From: Patescibacteria group bacterium
GTDB lineage: Bacteria > Patescibacteriota > Minisyncoccia > 2-02-FULL-40-12 > IGHO2-01-FULL-4-A
Reading direction: 5' to 3'
Length of the DNA stretch: 64,000 nucleotides
Assembly: GCA_038064915.1 (NCBI GenBank)
Contig: JBBTSB010000004.1
Location: forward strand, 24,874 to 88,873
Shown here: piece after piece, positions 36,699 to 44,492 of the stretch
Numbering within the stretch: the first letter of the stretch is position 1
Layout of the letters: each line of letters begins with the position of its first letter
Notes under the pieces: model-generated
What the model was told of the DNA's origin: nothing
Databases searched by the model: none
The model's input: the letters and a program-made list of their open reading frames with translations, nothing else
Position numbers and translations under genes: made by a program

Positions 36699-36979
36699 AA
36701 AACAAAGTGAGTAAAGAACTCCAGGAGACGGCAAATCAAGTACAGCAAGAAATCGCGGATAGATTTGTTAAGATTTTTGCACAAAAAATCGAGGAAATGG
36801 TTGAGGAATTTAGCGGGCATTTGGACAAGCACATGGATGAGCTCGAGGATTTAATTGAAGAAGGTTTTATGAGCCTCCATGAGCATTTGCAAACTTCCGA
36901 GCGTGTGAAGCAAATCGAGAAGCGGCTGAAGAAACTCGAAAAGCTTGACGAAAAAATCGAAAAGCGCTATATTACCTAA
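36695..36979 (+). CDS. small coiled-coil protein, paralog family member 3
   Basis: 94 aa; overlaps member 2 by 4 nt; shares the family motif. Confidence 0.45.
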   Translation: MKNKVSKELQETANQVQQEIADRFVKIFAQKIEEMVEEFSGHLDKHMDELEDLIEEGFMSLHEHLQTSERVKQIEKRLKKLEKLDEKIEKRYIT

Positions 36980-37064
36980 AGCATGATTTTCAACACACGC
37001 AAAACTGGATTCTGGAGCTGGACTTCACGTAACCCGTAAAGTCCGAATTTAATTTGAAAATACG

Positions 37065-37097
37065 ACTCCCTTCGGACTTTCCGGAGGGAGTTTTTTG
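37065..37097 (+). terminator. rho-independent terminator after the coiled-coil pair
   Basis: ACTCCC ttcggactttccgga GGGAGT followed by TTTTTT. Confidence 0.55.
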
Positions 37098-37173
37098 TTG
37101 GCCAGATTGATCAGAACTATTGATACATCAAGCCAGCACGGAGCCCCCGATGCTGGAGAAGGAGAGATAAACT

Positions 37174-37389
37174 ATGTCGTATGGCATACTGACCCACGTT
37201 CCGTGTAACGAGCGGAACTTCGATACTCATGGCCGCGAGCTTCGCTGCGTGTCGAAGGCGGGACACCTCGATGACCAGATTGGACATCGGTTCGAGTACC
37301 TGAACGAGGCCGAGAAGCCTCAGCCCGAGCCTCCTGAGCCACCACGTGGATGGGCACAGATGGGCCCGACGATGGGCTGGCTCACGTAA
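37174..37389 (+). CDS. small hypothetical protein (71 aa) in GC-rich islet D
   Basis: SD AAGGAG 10 nt upstream; very high GC3; Pro/Glu-rich C-terminus. Confidence 0.4.
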   Translation: MSYGILTHVPCNERNFDTHGRELRCVSKAGHLDDQIGHRFEYLNEAEKPQPEPPEPPRGWAQMGPTMGWLT

Positions 37390-37424
37390 TTCCGTTCCAT
37401 TGAGCGGTCCAACCGCTCAACTGC

Positions 37425-37462
37425 GCCGCGGAGGGGAGACCTTCCGCGGCTGTTTTATTTTT
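37425..37462 (+). terminator. rho-independent terminator after islet D ORF
   Basis: GCCGCGGA ggggagacc TCCGCGGC followed by TGTTTTATTTTT. Confidence 0.55.
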
Positions 37463-37467
37463 CAAGT

Positions 37468-37494
37468 AAAAAAAACCGCTCATGGGCGGAAAAT
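37468..37494 (-). terminator. minus-strand intrinsic terminator
   Basis: minus strand reads CCGCCCATGAGCGG followed by TTTTTTTT. Confidence 0.45.
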
Positions 37495-37549
37495 AATATC
37501 TAGCAGGGGCGGGGGTAGGACAAAACACTGTACTACCCCGCGCCCCCTA

Positions 37550-37711
37550 TCAGGTACTGGTTGCCCGGGCTTCTGCGCCCGGTTTTCCCTCCGTTGTGTC
37601 GGGGTTGTCCTTTGGAGGCGGAGTGTACCGCCTCTTCACCTCAGCGTGACGGGCCTTCTTGCGAAGATCCGCCTCCCCGAGGTCATCCATGCCTTCTCCG
37701 TAAACGGGCAT
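37550..37711 (-). CDS. small basic/disordered protein (53 aa), convergent to the islet D ORF
   Basis: SD AGGGGGA 5 nt upstream; perfect TATAAT about 60 nt upstream on the minus strand; followed by long hairpins and a U8 terminator; below the 60-aa ORF-track cutoff. Confidence 0.3.
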   Translation of the reverse strand: MPVYGEGMDDLGEADLRKKARHAEVKRRYTPPPKDNPDTTEGKPGAEARATST

Positions 37712-37813
37712 GTTTCCCCCTACATTGTCGAGCTACTCGCGCGATAGCCCGAGATTGGCGAGTTTCTACGCGATAATCCATTATAGAACTGACATTATCA
37801 ACAAGTAAAGCGT

Positions 37814-37856
37814 TTGGCACTCACCCCTTGACAGTGCCAACGCATTTTACTAAGAT
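37814..37856 (+). promoter_or_regulatory. CIRCE-like HrcA operator overlapping the groES promoter
   Basis: TTGGCACTC-N9-CAGTGCCAA (consensus TTAGCACTC-N9-GAGTGCTAA) with TTGACA inside, 17 nt, TAAGAT. Confidence 0.6.
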
Positions 37857-37865
37857 ACACATACT

Positions 37866-38153
37866 ATGAAAATCAAACCACTTCATGACCGGGTGCTTCT
37901 CGAGGCGGTAAAAGAGGAGCGCAAAAAGGGCGGAATCATTTTGCCCGAGACGGTCGAAAAGGAACGTCCGCAGGAAGGTATCGTCATTGCCGTCGGTCCC
38001 GGCAAGTTTGACGAAGATGGGAAGCGTATGCCCATGACCCTCAAAAAGGGCGACAAGGTTTTGTTTACGAAGTATGGTCCATCAGAGGTCAAGGTGGACG
38101 ATAAGGAGTACTTGATAGCACGAGAAGACGATATTATAGCAGTAATTGAATAA
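37866..38153 (+). CDS. groES: co-chaperonin GroES
   Basis: 95 aa; MKIKPLHDRVL...IIAVIE. Confidence 0.95.
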   Translation: MKIKPLHDRVLLEAVKEERKKGGIILPETVEKERPQEGIVIAVGPGKFDEDGKRMPMTLKKGDKVLFTKYGPSEVKVDDKEYLIAREDDIIAVIE

Positions 38154-38155
38154 TT

Positions 38156-39877
<1,722 letters not shown>

Positions 39878-39917
39878 GCGAAGCGAAACCCTGAGCCTGT
39901 CGAAGGGCTAACAACCT

Positions 39918-39953
39918 CACAAGCCTCACAGAAATGCTGGGCTTGTGGGTTTA
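39918..39953 (+). terminator. hairpin terminator after groEL
   Basis: CACAAGCC tcacagaaatgct GGCTTGTG followed by GGTTT. Confidence 0.4.
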
Positions 39954-40198
39954 AATTCCAAAAACTCGAAACCCCGCGGCCGTTCACTTTTAGCAAACCG
40001 GTTATCGCAGGGTCGAGGTACTACTAGTCTTTCGGAGGCAAAAGCCCCGCGAAGGCGATGTTTCGACGAAGCCATTTCCGTTCTTCGGGTGGGGTTTCTT
40101 CCCACCGCCGAAGTACTTCCTTGTCGTCAACGCTCATGCTTTTAGTATAGATCCAATTTTAAAATCTTTGCAAGCACGGACTTGCAGCGTTTAGGGTT

Positions 40199-40972
40199 GT
40201 GGTTATGATGGTTTTCAGATATCTTAAAAAAATGCCTCACTCGATAAAAATTGCATTTTTTGTATTTCTTCTCTTAATTGCAACGGGAACATATTTTTTA
40301 TTTCACTCGCCTCAAGGCATCCCTGTCACTGAGATAACCATTGACGACATTGAATATCAAACGGCGGAATATCCCAATGGAGCAACTGGATACGCAATTT
40401 CATGGCCGCAATGTGGAGGGGAGTATCCTCGAATGCCTTATGATTTTGGCATTATTGGAGTTACCAATGGGCATTCACTAAGTTATAATCCGTGTTTTAA
40501 ATCCGAGTTGATATGGGCGCAAAAAGCAAAATATCTTCCATCATTTTATCTGAACTTGGATTTTCCCTCTCGTATGCATGATACTCCGCCGCGTTCGTAT
40601 GGATATCGTACGGCCCAAGACGCATATGAATTTGCGAAATCTCAGGGTGTCGAAGGTGGTACTTGGTGGCTTGATGTACAAATCATGAGCCGGTGGTCAT
40701 CGGATAAAGCCACCAATGCTCAAATTGTTCTCGGTGCAATTGAATACTTTAACGAGCAAAATGTTTTTATTGGTCTTTCTACGACGCCCTACCAGTGGCA
40801 TGAGGTGGTAGGAGATTTACAAACAAACCTACCCAATTGGATTCCCGGGCGAGCCAACAAGGAAGCGGCGGCAACATACTGTACCGAAGGAATAAGTTAC
40901 TCCGGAGGCCCTGTGCTTCAGCTTGCATATATCGAAAACGGTTTTGAGGCAGTTTACTCATGCGGGCAGTAG
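40199..40972 (+). CDS. secreted GH25/DUF1906-like putative peptidoglycan hydrolase
   Basis: N-terminal TM/signal; GYAISWPQCGG ... FGIIGVTNG ... pattern resembling the GH25 lysozyme TIM barrel. Confidence 0.45.
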   Translation: MVMMVFRYLKKMPHSIKIAFFVFLLLIATGTYFLFHSPQGIPVTEITIDDIEYQTAEYPNGATGYAISWPQCGGEYPRMPYDFGIIGVTNGHSLSYNPCFKSELIWAQKAKYLPSFYLNLDFPSRMHDTPPRSYGYRTAQDAYEFAKSQGVEGGTWWLDVQIMSRWSSDKATNAQIVLGAIEYFNEQNVFIGLSTTPYQWHEVVGDLQTNLPNWIPGRANKEAAATYCTEGISYSGGPVLQLAYIENGFEAVYSCGQ

Positions 40973-41073
40973 CAGAAGAAATGCGGGGCAGGTTTGCTGC
41001 GTTTAGATAGACTTTTCTCATATTTTTTGCGATACTGACCCCGTCCAGGCTAGAGCTTGGCGGAGGAGGGAAT

Positions 41074-41250
41074 ATGTCACCGGTGCGAGCAATTATGGGG
41101 GTGGCGGGTGCGCTCGTAGCATGCTTCAGTTTTCTTGGCATGATGAGCGGGATCGCTCCCGGATTCCTTTTTTACCTAGTCGCTTTTATCGTCGGCGGCG
41201 CATTGGTAGTGTACGCACTGCCGTCGCATTCCTACCCACCGAGACGATGA
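41074..41250 (+). CDS. small Gly/Ala-rich two-TM protein (58 aa) in GC-rich islet E/F
   Basis: SD GGAGGAGGG just upstream of ATG; hydrophobic. Confidence 0.4.
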   Translation: MSPVRAIMGVAGALVACFSFLGMMSGIAPGFLFYLVAFIVGGALVVYALPSHSYPPRR

Positions 41251-41393
41251 TACCAAACTGGACCCGGTGCTGGGCCGCGACAGCCGGAATGATTGCGGCC
41301 GGCTTCGGCGGGCACATCATCATCGCCACACTTTGCGGAATAGCGGCCCTGATATTCTGGGTTTGTTATCTCTGCGAGGACGAAGTTCGTTAA
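41247..41393 (+). CDS. small TM protein (48 aa), translationally coupled to the previous ORF
   Basis: ATGA start/stop overlap; hydrophobic with Cys pairs. Confidence 0.35.
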   Translation: MIPNWTRCWAATAGMIAAGFGGHIIIATLCGIAALIFWVCYLCEDEVR

Positions 41394-41457
41394 ACCGGGG
41401 TCGTCATGCCAAACAGGTGGACTACCCCGGGAGCTGTACTTGTGTTAGTATTTTAAT

Positions 41458-42390
41458 ATGGATATTCAAACAAAACCCAAGTCTGGTCCTCGCGACTTTT
41501 TTATACATTTACTGGGATTCGGGACGCTCTATGCAAGCGCGGTAAGTCTTATTTCACTTTGGTTTCAATACATCAATATCAAACTTCCTGATCCTCTGAA
41601 TCAATACTATTCATACGGATACGAGCAGCTTCGGGTGCCGATGGCGGTGCTTTTTGTGGTGTTTCCGGTATTTTTGTTTTTATCACGCTGGATGAACAGT
41701 AAGATCGCAGAGGATCCGGCAAGAAAAGAGCTTCGCATTTACAAATGGCTGGTGTACTTTACATTGTTTGTATCTGCGGTGACGGTAATCATCGATCTCA
41801 TCACGCTTATCTACAATTTTCTTGGAGGTGAGTTGACCGCACGATTCGGACTCAAGGTTCTCGTGGTGCTGATCGTAGCACTTGGCGTATTTGGCTATTA
41901 TCTGTGGAATTTGCGAGCTGATCTTGCGATGGCGCGAAGTAAACGCAAAGCGCTTTTTTGGGGAGCGATCGTGGCAATTGTCGGAAGCATCATTGCAGGA
42001 TTTGTGATTGTGGGTTCTCCTACGACAGCTCGAGCTCTGAGATTTGATGAGCGTCGAGTACAGGATTTGCAAAGCATCCAATGGCAAATTACCGATTACT
42101 GGCAGCGGACTGAAAAATTACCCACGGCACTTTCGGTGCTAGAAAATGAACTTGCTGGCTACACAAATCCTATGGATCCTGAAACGCAGGTTCTGTATGA
42201 GTATCGTGTAGTTAACCCACTCACGTTTGAATTGTGCGCAGTATTTACTACGGAAGGGACATGGCCGTCTAGGGAAAAATATCCTGCCGTTGTTCGTGTT
42301 CCGGAACAGTCGAATTGGAGCCACGAAGTCGGTCGTGCGTGTTTTGAAAGGACGATAGACCCCACACTCTACCCCAAGCCACTACGGTAA
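41458..42390 (+). CDS. membrane protein with 4-TM N-terminal domain and extracytoplasmic C-terminal domain (hypothetical)
   Basis: 310 aa; no confident family assignment. Confidence 0.45.
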   Translation: MDIQTKPKSGPRDFFIHLLGFGTLYASAVSLISLWFQYINIKLPDPLNQYYSYGYEQLRVPMAVLFVVFPVFLFLSRWMNSKIAEDPARKELRIYKWLVYFTLFVSAVTVIIDLITLIYNFLGGELTARFGLKVLVVLIVALGVFGYYLWNLRADLAMARSKRKALFWGAIVAIVGSIIAGFVIVGSPTTARALRFDERRVQDLQSIQWQITDYWQRTEKLPTALSVLENELAGYTNPMDPETQVLYEYRVVNPLTFELCAVFTTEGTWPSREKYPAVVRVPEQSNWSHEVGRACFERTIDPTLYPKPLR

Positions 42391-43559
42391 TGTTCGAGAT
42401 TCTCAAAAAAGATTCTAAATCAAACGCCCGTCTGGGCGTTTTGACGACACCGCATGGTGAGATCCACACGCCGGCGTTTTTGCCGATCGGTACCAAGGGT
42501 GCGGTGAAGGCGCTTACCAACGAAGAGCTCGTCGGCTTGGGCGCGGAAATCATCCTCGCAAACACCTACCACCTCATGGTGTCACCGGGAAGTGAAATCA
42601 TCCGCAAGGCAGGAGGGCTGCATAAATTTATGAATTGGGATCGGCCCATTTTTACGGACTCGGGTGGATATCAGGTGTTTAGTTTGGGTGAGAAAATCTC
42701 CTCCCGACCTCCCCTTAATGGTAAGGGGAGGAGCGAAGGGGATAGTGAAGTAGGAGCATTTAATAAAAAAATCAGCGAAGAAGGCGTGACGTTTCAATCC
42801 GGAATTGATGGGAGAGAGTTTACGCTTACTCCGGAGCATTCGGTGAAGGTACAGCAAGATCTCGGCAGTGATATCACTGTGGTGCTTGATGAATTTACAG
42901 GAGAAATTACCAATTATTTACGTGTAAAAGAAACCGTGGAGAGAACAACACGCTGGGCAAAGCGTTCCCGTGAGGCATTGAGAGGTGAAACCTCTCAATT
43001 GCAGTATGCGGTGGTGCAAGGGGCTATCTTTGAAGATTTGCGGAAACAGTCGGCGTTGGAATTGCGCGAAATGGATTTTGATGGGTATTGTATTGGCGGC
43101 GTGGCTGTGGGAGGAGAAACGAGTGAAGAGCAATACAAAGCAGTTGAGTACTCTCTTCCGCATTTGCCCGAAGACAAGCCTCGACATCTATTGGGCGTTG
43201 GTACTCCGGAGCAAATCATCGAAGCAGTAAAGCGCGGGATTGATACGTTTGATTGCGTCATTCCCACGAGAGAAGCTCGTCACGGGAAAATTTACTTAGG
43301 GGTGAAACCCCTAAACTCCGAATTGAGGGGTTTCACCCCTCAAACTTTGGACATCAGCAAAACAATTTTTAAAGAAGATTTTACTGCGCTCGATTCCACG
43401 TGTGACTGCGAAGCGTGTACGAAGTATACACGAGCCTATCTACATCATTTATTTAAATCCAGCGAAATATTGGCAATGCGACTACTCACGATGCATAATG
43501 TGAGATTTTATTTGCGACTTATGGAAAAGATACGGGAGGCGGTCGCCGCGTCGGGTTAG
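42390..43559 (+). CDS. tgt: queuine tRNA-ribosyltransferase
   Basis: GAVKALT, DSGGYQVFSL and zinc site CDCEAC...H; carries two extra in-frame segments relative to E. coli Tgt. Confidence 0.9.
   Translation: MFEILKKDSKSNARLGVLTTPHGEIHTPAFLPIGTKGAVKALTNEELVGLGAEIILANTYHLMVSPGSEIIRKAGGLHKFMNWDRPIFTDSGGYQVFSLGEKISSRPPLNGKGRSEGDSEVGAFNKKISEEGVTFQSGIDGREFTLTPEHSVKVQQDLGSDITVVLDEFTGEITNYLRVKETVERTTRWAKRSREALRGETSQLQYAVVQGAIFEDLRKQSALELREMDFDGYCIGGVAVGGETSEEQYKAVEYSLPHLPEDKPRHLLGVGTPEQIIEAVKRGIDTFDCVIPTREARHGKIYLGVKPLNSELRGFTPQTLDISKTIFKEDFTALDSTCDCEACTKYTRAYLHHLFKSSEILAMRLLTMHNVRFYLRLMEKIREAVAASG
42708..42731. repeat. GC-rich perfect palindrome inside tgt (in-frame insertion 1)
   Basis: CCTCCCCTTA atgg TAAGGGGAGG; lies within an extra ~22-codon segment (SSRPPLNGKGRSEGDSEVGAFNK). 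Confidence 0.6.
43298..43340. repeat. GC-rich perfect palindrome inside tgt (in-frame insertion 2)
   Basis: AGGGGTGAAACCCCT, 13-nt loop, AGGGGTTTCACCCCT; perfect 15-bp arms; encodes about 12 extra residues. Confidence 0.65.
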
Positions 43560-43583
43560 GACGGGCGACCGCTCTCGAGGGAG

Positions 43584-43766
43584 CTAGCGACGGGTGACGC
43601 TCATCAGACGAGGGAGGGGGATTTCGATTTCTCCTACGCCTGCAACGTCGACACGAACGCGGACCTGGGCGTTGCCGTTGTCCTTGTACCCTTTGTAGAC
43701 CACGGCGAGGGGTATCGTGACGACATCCCCCTCTTTTGCCTCCTGTAAGAACTGGTCGAGTATCAT
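43584..43766 (-). CDS. small beta-rich protein (60 aa), weakly CsrA-like, in GC-rich islet G
   Basis: SD AAGGAGGTG 3 nt upstream of ATG; GDVVTIPL...NAQVRVRVDV loosely resembles CsrA GDEVTVTVL...GNQVRIGV; the ORF track extends it antisense into the exonuclease gene, which is rejected. Confidence 0.4.
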   Translation of the reverse strand: MILDQFLQEAKEGDVVTIPLAVVYKGYKDNGNAQVRVRVDVAGVGEIEIPLPRLMSVTRR

Positions 43767-43811
43767 GCGCACCTCCTTGGACTTTATAGCTATATCATAT
43801 ATCATGGATGC

Positions 43812-44492
43812 ATGTCCAAACTTGTTTTTGATATAGAAACCATCGGTGAGGATTTTGATCTGATTGACGAGACCACCCAGGAAATTCTCACCAAGTACGA
43901 TGATGATATCGAAAAAGTAAAAAACGGCCTTGGATTTTCGCCGTTGACCGGACAAATCGTTTGTATTGGCGTGCTTGATGTTGAAAAAAACAGGGGCGCA
44001 CTGTATTATCAAGCGCCAGACGACGACTCCTCCTTCGCTAAAGCTTCGGAGGACGAGGCTTCTAATTTTAAATTTATCGTAGCCTCGGAAAAAGAAATGC
44101 TTGAAAAGTTTTGGCAGGGGATTACCGCGTACGATCAAGTAGTCAGCTTCAACGGTCGCGCCTTTGATGCTCCATTTCTTGCAATCCGCTCCGCCATCCA
44201 CAGCGTTCGTCCCTCAAAAAATCTCATTCCTTATCGTTACGCGACTGACACCAACCACATCGATCTCTACGATCAACTGACGTTTTATGGATCGAGTCGG
44301 AGCAAAGGGAATTTGCATATGTTTTGTCGGGCGTTTGGCATCAAAAGCCCGAAAGCTGACGGTGTCACTGGTGATGATGTGACGAGGCTCTTTAAGGAAA
44401 AAAAATACCTCGACATCGCCCGCTACAACGTCGGCGATCTCAAAGCCACGGCGGAACTCTACAAATATTGGAATGAATTTATTAGATTTTAA
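43812..44492 (+). CDS. DEDD-type 3'-5' exonuclease (PolB-exo/YprB-like RNase H fold)
   Basis: LVFDIETIG Exo I motif and downstream Exo II/III-like acidic residues. Confidence 0.6.
   Translation: MSKLVFDIETIGEDFDLIDETTQEILTKYDDDIEKVKNGLGFSPLTGQIVCIGVLDVEKNRGALYYQAPDDDSSFAKASEDEASNFKFIVASEKEMLEKFWQGITAYDQVVSFNGRAFDAPFLAIRSAIHSVRPSKNLIPYRYATDTNHIDLYDQLTFYGSSRSKGNLHMFCRAFGIKSPKADGVTGDDVTRLFKEKKYLDIARYNVGDLKATAELYKYWNEFIRF

Noticed and set aside
37040-37100. RNase P RNA-like motif (GGAAAGTCCGAAGG on the minus strand)
   Set aside because: Only a partial match to the P4 consensus (GAGGAAAGUCCGGGCUCC). No second P4 strand or other conserved regions are nearby. The sequence is better explained as the terminator hairpin of the coiled-coil gene pair.
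37346-37776. Plus-strand ORFs 37346-37747 and 37561-37776 in the islet upstream of groES
   Set aside because: They run through two terminator hairpins and the CIRCE/promoter region, and have no start signals. They are artefacts of GC-rich sequence.
43584-44201. Full 205-aa minus-strand ORF overlapping the exonuclease gene
   Set aside because: Only the C-terminal 60 codons (43584-43766) have an SD and lie outside the convincingly assigned exonuclease CDS. The N-terminal part is antisense read-through.
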